Source: an uncultured Veillonellaceae bacterium
GTDB taxonomy: Bacteria > Bacillota > Negativicutes > JARBTT01
NCBI GenBank assembly: GCA_963805085.1
Contig: CAWDTA010000004.1
Span: 288,001-352,000, forward strand
DNA length: 64,000 nt
Direction: 5' to 3'
Shown here: in pieces, positions 10,888-20,035 of the stretch
Position numbering within the stretch: the stretch's first letter is position 1
How the letters are laid out: the number at the start of each line of letters is the position of its first letter
Position numbers and translations under genes: made by a program
The notes under the pieces: model-generated
Databases searched by the model: none
The model's input: only the letters and a program-made list of their open reading frames with translations
Told to the model about the DNA's origin: nothing

Positions 10888-11304
10888 TCAAGATGTCATA
10901 GTGGTACTAGCAGCCACCGTAGGCCATGTAACATTATCTAAATCTGTAATACTAGATGGTAAATCTCTTAATGCCTGTCTATATGTTGCCCATGCAGATT
11001 TAAGAGTATCTGTCATAACTACATCTGATAATTGCGTCCAATCACATGCTGATAATAAAGCATCTCTTTTTGTTCTTATATTTGCTAATTTTTCTTCATC
11101 TGTTAATGTAGTTATTGCAGGGGCTGTAAATATCGTACCATCATAAGTCCAACCAACTTCTGGTTGTGTTGTTAATGCTGTTATATCTACAAATGTTACA
11201 TCATTTTGATTAAATTTTTGTGCATACAATTTTGTTAAAGTTAAATCATCTTCCATAATCCAGTGTACTGAATTGTTTAATATTTGTGCGTATTTATATG
11301 ACAT
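10888..11304 (-). CDS. Phage tail-fibre assembly chaperone-like protein
   Basis: QPEVGWTYDGTIFTAP and IRTKRDALLSACDWTQLSD...WATYRQALRDLP...VTWP motifs. Confidence 0.85.
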   Translation of the reverse strand: MSYKYAQILNNSVHWIMEDDLTLTKLYAQKFNQNDVTFVDITALTTQPEVGWTYDGTIFTAPAITTLTDEEKLANIRTKRDALLSACDWTQLSDVVMTDTLKSAWATYRQALRDLPSSITDLDNVTWPTVAASTTMTS

Positions 11305-11450
11305 TATAAATCATCCTCCTATATATGTGTTATTAAAATTTGTTTAGAATAAGCTCAAATGTTTTATTTAACCAACCAGAAATACCATAATATATTGTTA
11401 TAGTATTAAGTTAATTGTTACATTATAAGTTTATCTATATTTATAAAATA

Positions 11451-12716
11451 TCACCATTGAATTAATACGAATCCTGCAGCTCCAGAGCCACCAGTAGCGT
11501 TATAACTACTACCTCCATAACCACTACCTCCTCCAGCTCCATATCCTGAACCTGCAACGCCAGTTGATGAACCTGTAACTCCACCACTATGACCACCACA
11601 GCCAAAAATACTATCTCCACCATTGCCTATGTAATAGTCTGTATTACCGCTACCACCACTCATACCACCAAAACCGCCAGCTGAGCCACCTGAACTAGAA
11701 GATCCCCCTCCACCTCCAGCACACGAAAGAAGTGTACCAACTGATGATGAACCTCCTGAACATCCAGCTGAACCGCCTGCTCCTACCGTAATAGTATAAG
11801 ATGCACCTGCAGTTACATTTAATGTTTTACCTATAACAGCGGCTGCACCGCCACCACTGCCACCATAATAGTAATTCATATTACCATCAGTATCAGTACC
11901 GGTATCATATCCACTATGACCACCACCACCGCCACCTGACATGTTTACATATACAGTAGTTACTCCAGCAGGAACTGTAAAAGTTCCACTTGATGTAAAC
12001 ATCTGCTGACCATGTATACCACTAGCAAGTAATTGTGCAGCTGTATATCCACCAAGTGTAGTAGCCGCCGTAGCTGTTGCTGCATTACCCGTACAAGTGG
12101 CTGCAGTATTCGCACTAGTCACATCTACAGCAATAGACACACCTGCCGAACCGTCAAATGTTGCACTTCCCGTGGCATCACCAGTTAAACTAATCGTTCT
12201 GGCAGTAGCTAGTTTAGTAGCTGTTGCCGCATTACCGGAGCAGCTATCCGCATTGGTCACATCTACAGTAATAGCAACATCCGCTGAACCGTCAAATGTT
12301 GTACTGCCTGTAGCATCACCAGAAAGCGAGATTGTCCGAGCTGTTGTCAATGACGTAGCAGTAGCCGCATTACCTGTTATATCTACTGCTAAACTTGTCG
12401 GAGTTGTCCCTGCTGTAACCCTTCCTTTTGCGTCAACGGTAACAGATGTATATGTACCTTCGGTTACCCCACTGTCAGCTAATGTAGCTGGTATAGAAAT
12501 ATCCGCACTACCATCAAATGAGATTGCCGTTCCTACAACATCACCTGTAATTGCGATATTCCTAGCAGTAGCCAACTTAGTAGCCGTTGTCGCTGAATCC
12601 GCAGTTACAGCAGTTGCAGCATCAACAATTTTGTCTTCCTTTAACGCTCTAAAATTCTCTCTGATTGTTTCTGTTGATACAGTAATATCTACTGGTGAAT
12701 CTGAATTGTAAGACAT
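11451..12716 (-). CDS. Phage tail-fibre-like protein with C-terminal glycine-rich domain
   Basis: Repeats GNAATATKLATARTISLTGDATGSATFDGSA; GTYTSVTVDAKGRVTAG; FTSSGTFTVPAGVT...GGGGGG...GAAGFVLIQW. Confidence 0.82.
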   Translation of the reverse strand: MSYNSDSPVDITVSTETIRENFRALKEDKIVDAATAVTADSATTATKLATARNIAITGDVVGTAISFDGSADISIPATLADSGVTEGTYTSVTVDAKGRVTAGTTPTSLAVDITGNAATATSLTTARTISLSGDATGSTTFDGSADVAITVDVTNADSCSGNAATATKLATARTISLTGDATGSATFDGSAGVSIAVDVTSANTAATCTGNAATATAATTLGGYTAAQLLASGIHGQQMFTSSGTFTVPAGVTTVYVNMSGGGGGGHSGYDTGTDTDGNMNYYYGGSGGGAAAVIGKTLNVTAGASYTITVGAGGSAGCSGGSSSVGTLLSCAGGGGGSSSSGGSAGGFGGMSGGSGNTDYYIGNGGDSIFGCGGHSGGVTGSSTGVAGSGYGAGGGSGYGGSSYNATGGSGAAGFVLIQW

Positions 12717-12875
12717 GTAAATTCCTCCCTAAATTAAAATATTATTTTGAAACTTGATATAGCCAAGGATCTCTTATTCATAATTGTGTTTATCCTGTAT
12801 ATCCCCCTTCACTTATATACATTCTTGCAGTTGCAACTTTTAAACTATAAATCTAAAAAAGTCGTCAAAAATTAG

Positions 12876-12977
12876 CAAAAATGGCGTCTGCATCAACAAT
12901 GAGATAGACGCCATTTTTCATTAAAACAATCCAAAAATGCTGGTTTTCCTTATTTTTAAGTGAAAACCAGCATTTTC
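12876..12977 (-). terminator. Two tandem hairpins ending the pectin gene cluster
   Basis: AAAAATGGCGTCT...AGACGCCATTTTT and AAAATGCTGGTTTTC...GAAAACCAGCATTTT. Confidence 0.65.
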
Positions 12978-13021
12978 ATTTTACTAATTATCATAAATAA
13001 AAAACTGTATGATGCAAAACT

Positions 13022-13957
13022 TTAATAACTATCAGCATTTGCTTTTTCACCAGCAATGCAGCATGGCATTAGGCTTATATTAAGGACTTGAACCGCTATA
13101 AAATATTTGTCTAAATATTTTTTAAGCGGTAAATTTGACTTACTAATACCTTCAGTAACAAGTCCAGCAACTTTTAATGAACCTACACGATTGAGATGCG
13201 TGTTATCGATTTTCACACCATTCTGCGTATTCTCTGCATTGTATACGGCATGTAATTTGCCGGCCCCATCATTGCCTAATTGGTTGTAAAGGGCGACGGT
13301 TGCTTTGTTTAAATCAATCAAAGTAACATTCTGTTTTCTAGCGAGTGCTCTCATGGAATTATCATAAGAGATAGTATTTTCACCTTCAACTTCAGAATAA
13401 TGACTGTCTATAACTTTACCGTTACTATCGAAAAGTCTTCTTGCAATCGGCGTAACGAGAACTGGAATTGCACCTTCTTCTCTTGCCAATTTGATATAAT
13501 ATTCATATAGATAGTACTGATAGGAACCTTTTAGCGTTTCATCACCGAGTGGCGAAGCATGACGGTAAAGCTTACTTGTGTCCGTTAAGTTTGCGATGTC
13601 TTGCTTTTCGTCATTATGGCCGAACTGGATGAAGAGATAGTCACCATTTTTCAGATTATCTTTCAGTTCCTGATAGTTATTTTCATAAATAAAGCTTCTT
13701 GCGCTTCTGCCAGAAATAGCTAAATTATTGACTTTAACTTCATTTATGAAGTACTTGTCTATATTCTCACCCCAACCGGAACGAGCTACATCATATTTTG
13801 CTGTATCATCACCGTATTTGCATACTGTGGAATCACCAACTAAATAAATGGTAGTAACTGATGCCTTATTGTTTACGGCTGCAAAAACGGAACCTGCAAA
13901 TAAACAGAATACTACACTGGTTAATACTAACTTTAAGCCTATATATTTCATATGCAT
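13022..13957 (-). CDS. Rhamnogalacturonan/pectin acetylesterase (CE12, SGNH hydrolase), secreted
   Basis: Signal peptide; GDST, SGWG, GRS, QFGHND and DNTH blocks. Confidence 0.88.
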   Translation of the reverse strand: MHMKYIGLKLVLTSVVFCLFAGSVFAAVNNKASVTTIYLVGDSTVCKYGDDTAKYDVARSGWGENIDKYFINEVKVNNLAISGRSARSFIYENNYQELKDNLKNGDYLFIQFGHNDEKQDIANLTDTSKLYRHASPLGDETLKGSYQYYLYEYYIKLAREEGAIPVLVTPIARRLFDSNGKVIDSHYSEVEGENTISYDNSMRALARKQNVTLIDLNKATVALYNQLGNDGAGKLHAVYNAENTQNGVKIDNTHLNRVGSLKVAGLVTEGISKSNLPLKKYLDKYFIAVQVLNISLMPCCIAGEKANADSY

Positions 13958-14019
13958 CTTTCCTCTTCATATATATTCTTATAATATTTTCCTCTAGGCG
14001 ACCTATAAGGTCAGTCCAT

Positions 14020-15198
14020 TTATATGACACTTTTAGCCTTAATAAAAACTTTCGCTTTTAATAATTTCTTAACCATACTATCTGGATTCCAGTCTCCCAA
14101 ATATGTTTTTGGGGTGCATTCTTTAGCCTGTTCTTCGGTAAGTGTTCTTCTATTGGTACTCGTTAGCGCCCCAGGTCCTGTGCTGGCGTATTCAAACAGA
14201 CTATTATCTTCTGGGAAATGATCACCATATTTATTCATCATATGATCCCAACCAATTTCTGAAATATGTGCACCCATTTCACAGTTTTTAAATATTGCAC
14301 TAGAATTTACCGGACGTTGTTCAAAAGATGGATGCCATGGTCTACCGAGCTTTACCGAACCTTCTTCTTTAATATTACTTGTCAACTTACAATCAAGAAA
14401 CAGATATCCCTTATCCGGTATCAGCGTACTCGGAGCTGTAATATAACCTTTCGTGTCACCTTCTCTATCCAATGATTTAATCTCGCATTTTTCATATACT
14501 GCTGTCGCCGCGCCAAAAATAAAGTCTATATCTCCTTCAATATAACACTGATAATAATACTGTCTATTTTTATTGGCAAACAGCGTATCCTGGTTGCCTA
14601 GAAATCTGCAATGAACAAATGTACTCCGATCCGCTTCATTTTTAATTGCGAATGCCTGCCGGCTATCCATCGTCTGCATATTTGCCACTTCATCAAAGTC
14701 ATTGTTAAACGTAATATTTATCGCGGAAAACCCCGTAGCCGTATATTCTACCGTTACCGATGCACAATCCATACGATACATTTTCTTTCCATCGCCACCA
14801 TCTTCAGGTCTTACAACTGTACCTTCGGCATCATTATAAACAATCTGTGTGTTCTCTGCATTTTCGCCAACCAATATAATGTTGGGTTTTGTAATCTTTA
14901 CTTTTTCTCTATATGTACCACTCGTAACCAAAATTTTTACTGGTTTCTCATTTTTTTCAGCAACGGCATCAATTGCAGCACCTATAGTCTTATAGATACG
15001 GTTACCCTTGACTTTTTCTCCATCTTTTCCAGTAAAATTACAATCTACAATCATATTAAACGGTTCTGCTTTTATTAGCTGTTCAATCGGATCTTGATCC
15101 TTTGCCGCTGCTTGCACAATGTTGATATTTAAAGCTGTACCGATAAACGAAGTAATTGCCGTACAAATCAGAACTGACAGCATCTTTTTTATATTCAT
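14020..15198 (-). CDS. Pectin methylesterase (CE8), secreted
   Basis: Signal peptide; GTYREKV, QAFA, GNQDTL, GDIDFIFG, LGRPW. Confidence 0.93.
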   Translation of the reverse strand: MNIKKMLSVLICTAITSFIGTALNINIVQAAAKDQDPIEQLIKAEPFNMIVDCNFTGKDGEKVKGNRIYKTIGAAIDAVAEKNEKPVKILVTSGTYREKVKITKPNIILVGENAENTQIVYNDAEGTVVRPEDGGDGKKMYRMDCASVTVEYTATGFSAINITFNNDFDEVANMQTMDSRQAFAIKNEADRSTFVHCRFLGNQDTLFANKNRQYYYQCYIEGDIDFIFGAATAVYEKCEIKSLDREGDTKGYITAPSTLIPDKGYLFLDCKLTSNIKEEGSVKLGRPWHPSFEQRPVNSSAIFKNCEMGAHISEIGWDHMMNKYGDHFPEDNSLFEYASTGPGALTSTNRRTLTEEQAKECTPKTYLGDWNPDSMVKKLLKAKVFIKAKSVI

Positions 15199-15457
15199 CT
15201 TTAATCCCTCATTTATGAAATAAAATATCCCAATTGTTTACTTTAAAATTAAGGCTGTATCAACCTATTTTTAAAGAATATTGTAAATATCTTCTGCTGC
15301 AATAAATTATGCATAATAGGCACCATTTATGTAAAATTATTTTCTTCGAAAATTACGATTCTAGAGAAACGATACCTAATTACAATTGTTTTATTGTTGT
15401 TTTATAGAAATCAATATATATGAAACAAAGACTGCATATTACAAAACCTAATGGCTA

Positions 15458-17170
15458 TTAGCCTTTATTTTTATCATTCTGAAAAACAAGGTTTTCAAAA
15501 AAACCATTTTTCAAATAATTGATTTTCATTGGTTTTGCATTGTAGAACATAATATTTGAAAAATATAAATTTTCGTGAAATCCATTTTGCGTTCCCTGTA
15601 CTTCAATCGCTGCTCCACCAGTGGTGTCTACAGTACAGTTTTCAATCCGGATATTTTTGAATAGGCCTGGAACTTTAGACTTTTCATATTCAACCACCGC
15701 ATTGGGATCAGAATATCCTGAAGTAAAGATAAATGCTTGATTTTTAATATTTTTCAGTGCATTATCACGGAAGATGATATTTCTTGCCCCGCCGCCGATT
15801 TGTGGCGCAGTTTTTGCCCGAAAACCGACATCGGTATTTTCAATTACATTATCTTCCGCGAGGATATTTTCAATCCAGGCTGCGGTATGGCTGCCTGTTA
15901 CCACTGCACCATGCCCATGATAAAAATAATTATTAAAGATCCAGATATTTTTAGTTGAAGGATCTTTTTGACCTAAAGCACCTAAGCCAGCAGCAAAGTT
16001 TACACAGTCATCGCCTGTATCAAAATAATTATTGATTACAGTCAATCCATTGCCATGGATAAATTCAATGCCATCTCCATTATTGCAGTCAAACGTATGG
16101 AACGTAACATCATTCACCGTTACATCATCACACTTAATATTTACGATTGTATGATTTGCTGGATTACTTACTGTGATTGCACCATAATAAACTTCTTTTA
16201 CTCCTCGCAAGGTAATGAGATTAGACCGCCTTGGATATGCAGATTTAAACGTTTGACCAGCCTGCATCAAATTTTCAACTTGTGCTTTCGCCAAGATTCC
16301 AATATTCAATACATGATTTTGATCCATCACTCCAGCCTTATCTATGGTATTATGTGCATATAGATAAGCTGTTTGCTCGCTATTTTTCTGCCACCCATTT
16401 CCATCAATCGTTCCTTCACCGACAATACGGATTTTTTCAACTACTGGCTCTTTTTCAGTGGGGCCAGCATTGATTAAGGCAAAGAAGCGTTCATCACTAG
16501 AATAAGGATACATTTTAAAATGATAGTCATAATCCTTAGCATTTTCTGAGCCAAGCAAAGTTGCGCCTTTGGCTACTTCCAAAGTCATATTGCTCTTGAG
16601 CCAAATTTGACCTGTCTTAAATACACCAGCTGGAACCAACACTTTATCGCCAGGTGTACAAGCATCAATTGCTTTCTGGATTGCTTTAGTATTTATTGTT
16701 GTGCCATCGCCGACAGCTCCATAAGCTTGGATGTTAAATATTCTAGGAATTGCTGTCGTTTTTTGCTCTATGACGTTGCTGTCGAGCGATTCGTTACCTT
16801 TTGCATCGACGGCCCGTACGGTAAATTTATATTTTGTTGAAGGCTCTAGCCCCGTGATAATATAAGAATGTTTGATCGTCATTTGCGCTTTGGGATTTTC
16901 CGCATAAAATTTATCTATACTTGGTTTCGCAACAGACACTTTATCTGATTGAACATTACCAAGCAGTTTACCATTCATATAAATATGATAATTCACTATG
17001 CCAGTCTGGTTGTCCGTTTTTTCCCAAATTAGGGTGATGCTCTGCTCATCTACAGCCAATGCTGGAACCTTTAAGTGCTGCGGTGCTGATATTGTCGCAG
17101 CCAGTGCCATTGAACTCATTAATAAACCCAAGAGAAGTACCAATAAAATTTGTATTGCATATTTTTTCAT
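15458..17170 (-). CDS. Fn3 plus GH28 exo-polygalacturonase (PehX-like), secreted
   Basis: Signal peptide from ATG 17170; Fn3 (GLEPSTKYKFTVRAVD); GH28 motifs NGDG, TGDD, GHG, RAK. Confidence 0.9.
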   Translation of the reverse strand: MKKYAIQILLVLLLGLLMSSMALAATISAPQHLKVPALAVDEQSITLIWEKTDNQTGIVNYHIYMNGKLLGNVQSDKVSVAKPSIDKFYAENPKAQMTIKHSYIITGLEPSTKYKFTVRAVDAKGNESLDSNVIEQKTTAIPRIFNIQAYGAVGDGTTINTKAIQKAIDACTPGDKVLVPAGVFKTGQIWLKSNMTLEVAKGATLLGSENAKDYDYHFKMYPYSSDERFFALINAGPTEKEPVVEKIRIVGEGTIDGNGWQKNSEQTAYLYAHNTIDKAGVMDQNHVLNIGILAKAQVENLMQAGQTFKSAYPRRSNLITLRGVKEVYYGAITVSNPANHTIVNIKCDDVTVNDVTFHTFDCNNGDGIEFIHGNGLTVINNYFDTGDDCVNFAAGLGALGQKDPSTKNIWIFNNYFYHGHGAVVTGSHTAAWIENILAEDNVIENTDVGFRAKTAPQIGGGARNIIFRDNALKNIKNQAFIFTSGYSDPNAVVEYEKSKVPGLFKNIRIENCTVDTTGGAAIEVQGTQNGFHENLYFSNIMFYNAKPMKINYLKNGFFENLVFQNDKNKG

Positions 17171-17223
17171 CGTTATTTTCACTCCTTCAATATCGCCTGT
17201 CAACTTAAACGCAAGCTATTCCA

Positions 17224-18633
17224 TCAGAAGAAGAATTCAAACTGTGAACGTAACCATTTTTCACTTGCTTTATCCGTTCCGGTAAGATCCTTCTTCTGCA
17301 ACCAACGAGTTGTCCAAAGTACATTTTTAGTTGGAACGTATTTGTAAATCAACTGCCAACCTCTAGCACCCACTGCATTATCTTTAATATCAAAAGTTGA
17401 TTTGATATAAGCAGCAGCTTCTAAATGTACATAATCAAGTTCTGTTGACCAAGAATGAGGAATCACTTTATTAGCTTTCCGATATTCTAGCGAGAAATTA
17501 TAGGCTACATTATTTTCATCCCGATCTGATCTTGCATAGTCTGCACCAAAATTCAGATTTTTGGCAATATCGCGATCAAAGGCAAGTTCCCAAATATTAG
17601 TATCTTTATAACTGGCAACTGTATTCTTCCCTACATCTGTATAATTGCTACCTTTACTCATTGTATGCCAGAGACCTGCATAGAGATTTGTTTTTTCATC
17701 CAATGGATATTTCATATCTAACTGTACATAATTGATACCAACATTTTTTGGATTCACATAAGTTTCGTTGACGCCACGATCATCCTTGTCACCCGCGCGT
17801 AGTGGCACGCCTGTTGTATTACGAGTTGTCGAGTTATAATCCGGTTTAGCATAGGTAAAATTGAATTTTGTTTTATTGCCAAAGCTATAAACGGCACCTG
17901 TATAATATTCATTCATAACCATCCCATTTATGGCTCCGGCTTTGTCACGACCAACCTTTAAGGTTCCGTTGCCGACTGGTCCATAGAAATACAATCTTGA
18001 CATATCAAATTGACCATTTGTATTTTCCTGACCGCCTCTATCTTGCCCATCACGATCTCTAGCACCTAACAAACGAATCAGGCCATTCCACCCACCGCCA
18101 ATCGCTGTAGTTCCTGTCAATTCATAATAATATGATGTGTCTTTTACTCCCGTCGCTGTTGTATCACCTTTAGAATCACTATCTGTTTTATGATCATAAC
18201 GCACTCTGATATTCCCACTCCATTTGATTCCATCCGTTTTAGGTACTGCTGGGGTAGTTGCCACCGGCTCAGCTACTGCTGGTGCCGGAACGCTAACACC
18301 TGGAATCCGAACATTGAGTTGCACTAACTCTTCCTTAAATTCCTTTTCTAATTGTTCAATTTCTACCTTGCTTGCTTGATCCGCTTTATCCATATTAAAC
18401 ATTGCTTTTGCCGTTAACACTGCCATCTCATAGCGCGTTGCTGGTTTGTCACTGCGAAAATCACCATCAACATATCCATCAATTAATCCAGCATGTACAA
18501 GTTTTTCAATCGATTGATAGCCCCAATGTGTAGATGGAACTGTACCAAAAGGATTATCAGACGCTGCAAAAGCAGCATTTTGCATACTAAAAATAAATGA
18601 TGTGGCTAACCCTAAAATAAGACCTTTTTTCAT
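17224..18633 (-). CDS. SLH-domain outer-membrane beta-barrel (OmpM-like porin)
   Basis: Signal peptide, SLH (NPFGTVPSTHWGY...ATRYEMA), coiled coil LEKEFKEELVQL, amphipathic beta-strands and terminal Phe; start refined to 18633. Confidence 0.88.
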   Translation of the reverse strand: MKKGLILGLATSFIFSMQNAAFAASDNPFGTVPSTHWGYQSIEKLVHAGLIDGYVDGDFRSDKPATRYEMAVLTAKAMFNMDKADQASKVEIEQLEKEFKEELVQLNVRIPGVSVPAPAVAEPVATTPAVPKTDGIKWSGNIRVRYDHKTDSDSKGDTTATGVKDTSYYYELTGTTAIGGGWNGLIRLLGARDRDGQDRGGQENTNGQFDMSRLYFYGPVGNGTLKVGRDKAGAINGMVMNEYYTGAVYSFGNKTKFNFTYAKPDYNSTTRNTTGVPLRAGDKDDRGVNETYVNPKNVGINYVQLDMKYPLDEKTNLYAGLWHTMSKGSNYTDVGKNTVASYKDTNIWELAFDRDIAKNLNFGADYARSDRDENNVAYNFSLEYRKANKVIPHSWSTELDYVHLEAAAYIKSTFDIKDNAVGARGWQLIYKYVPTKNVLWTTRWLQKKDLTGTDKASEKWLRSQFEFFF

Positions 18634-18937
18634 TTTTTTGTCCCCTCTCCCATAATAACACTTCTTTTCTAAGTGATAATTAACGAACAATTATAATATT
18701 CCGACTAAACAAAAAATTCTGACATTAGTAACCTCTCCCATTTGCCCTACTTCTAACGCTTAATTCATCTTAGTTCACCCCATTGACTTAGTTAATTCAA
18801 TTAATTAATTTAATGATATAATAATTATATATTTTCCTGTCGTTCACCTTCCATATTTGAGTTTTTTTATGTATTTTCGTTCGACACTTCTTGACGATTT
18901 TCTAAATAATATTCCAATTCATTCGATTTAGGCAAAA

Positions 18938-18962
18938 AAAAGCCCGCAAAATGCGGGCTTTT
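18938..18962. terminator. Intrinsic terminator
   Basis: AAAAGCCCGCA-AAA-TGCGGGCTTTT. Confidence 0.75.
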
Positions 18963-18997
18963 AACGATTTATACTCTTAAGAATCCTATGTAAATAA

Positions 18998-19135
18998 TCA
19001 CTCAGCTCTTACCTAACTCGCAATCGCTCGTATATCATCCGTTGTTGTACGATAGCAGCCACCAATTAAGTAAGCCCCGACCTCATCACAGGAATCAAAG
19101 GAGCTTTAATCTGATGGACCATACCAAGCTATAAT
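18998..19135 (-). pseudogene. 3' remnant of a homocysteine S-methyltransferase (MmuM-like)
   Basis: Translates AWYGPSD*SSFDSCDEVGAYLIGGCYRTTTDDIRAIAS*VRAE, matching the GARLIGGCCRTTPxDI zinc motif, with internal stops. Confidence 0.7.
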
Positions 19136-19210
19136 ATCATCATTTTTTTATTTGACAGCGTTCTTCAGTACTATTTTGTCGCTTTTTTTCCTTCAACTGT
19201 ATAATAAAGC

Positions 19211-20035
19211 TCAAAATAAGTCTTTATGACTTAGCTCTTTTAATAGCCCATCCTGCCCTTTCAAAACTTTGCGATGATTATTTTGCGTGTTACCAAACTC
19301 CGTCATGTATTTCCAGTAACGCTTTGGCATTAGGTTCATCCGACATTTTGGATTGTGCCGACCTTTTATTTCTATGGTATTGTAAAAAACTTTCCACAGC
19401 TCTCGATAAGCTTCTTCAGCTTCATCTGGCTCTGGTAATACTAGCTCCTCAATCGGAATAATCGCGGATTGATAAGGCTGATACACGAGTGCCATTCCAT
19501 GTGTTTTATCATAGATAAGAAAACGCTCCTCGGGATATCGTTCGCAAAAATGTTGCAGCAAAAGGGGCAACACATAATTTTTCGGTTCTATCTCCGCCAC
19601 TAAGATATGATTAAAAATAGAAAACCTGATAAACCCTTTGAACAAATGACTTTCTCTATCTAAATGGCGAACAGCTTTAACCATCGTATGCACTACATCA
19701 TCTGCTAACATCTCCATCACATTAGCACCATGACGATACCCTAGACGTAAAAAAAGCAAGATATACAATTCTTTTTGCGTAAAACAAGTCAAAAAGGCGT
19801 GCTGTACAAAGTCCAAGGCTAAAAAACCTATTTTCGCTGGAATAGACGCCAATACTCGTTTCGCTTTGTCTAAATCAGTAGGAATATTTTTTATTGGTAC
19901 TAGCATCATCTGCGTAGCATCTGGTAGAACAATATCTAGAGGAATTTCTTTTTTATCATAACTTTCAAATACAGAGCAAAGCAGACCATCAAAACTTCCA
20001 TCATACTGATAAACTACATTTGCTGTTGTAGGCAT
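19211..20035 (-). CDS. TIGR03915/DUF4130 putative DNA-repair protein
   Basis: YDGSFDGLL N-terminus, HLFKGFIRF, MPKRYWKYMTE C-terminus; overlaps its radical-SAM partner. Confidence 0.88.
   Translation of the reverse strand: MPTTANVVYQYDGSFDGLLCSVFESYDKKEIPLDIVLPDATQMMLVPIKNIPTDLDKAKRVLASIPAKIGFLALDFVQHAFLTCFTQKELYILLFLRLGYRHGANVMEMLADDVVHTMVKAVRHLDRESHLFKGFIRFSIFNHILVAEIEPKNYVLPLLLQHFCERYPEERFLIYDKTHGMALVYQPYQSAIIPIEELVLPEPDEAEEAYRELWKVFYNTIEIKGRHNPKCRMNLMPKRYWKYMTEFGNTQNNHRKVLKGQDGLLKELSHKDLF

Noticed and set aside
11315-11350. SigE-like promoter (TTCTAAA-N15-CATATAT) before the tail chaperone
   Set aside because: The -10 element abuts the RBS, leaving no room for a transcript that includes it, and the AT-rich context makes a chance match likely.
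12097-12711. 204-aa plus-strand ORF
   Set aside because: It is the antisense shadow of the Thr/Ala-rich tail-fibre gene and has no RBS or motif. The same applies to the many other short antisense ORFs in the track.
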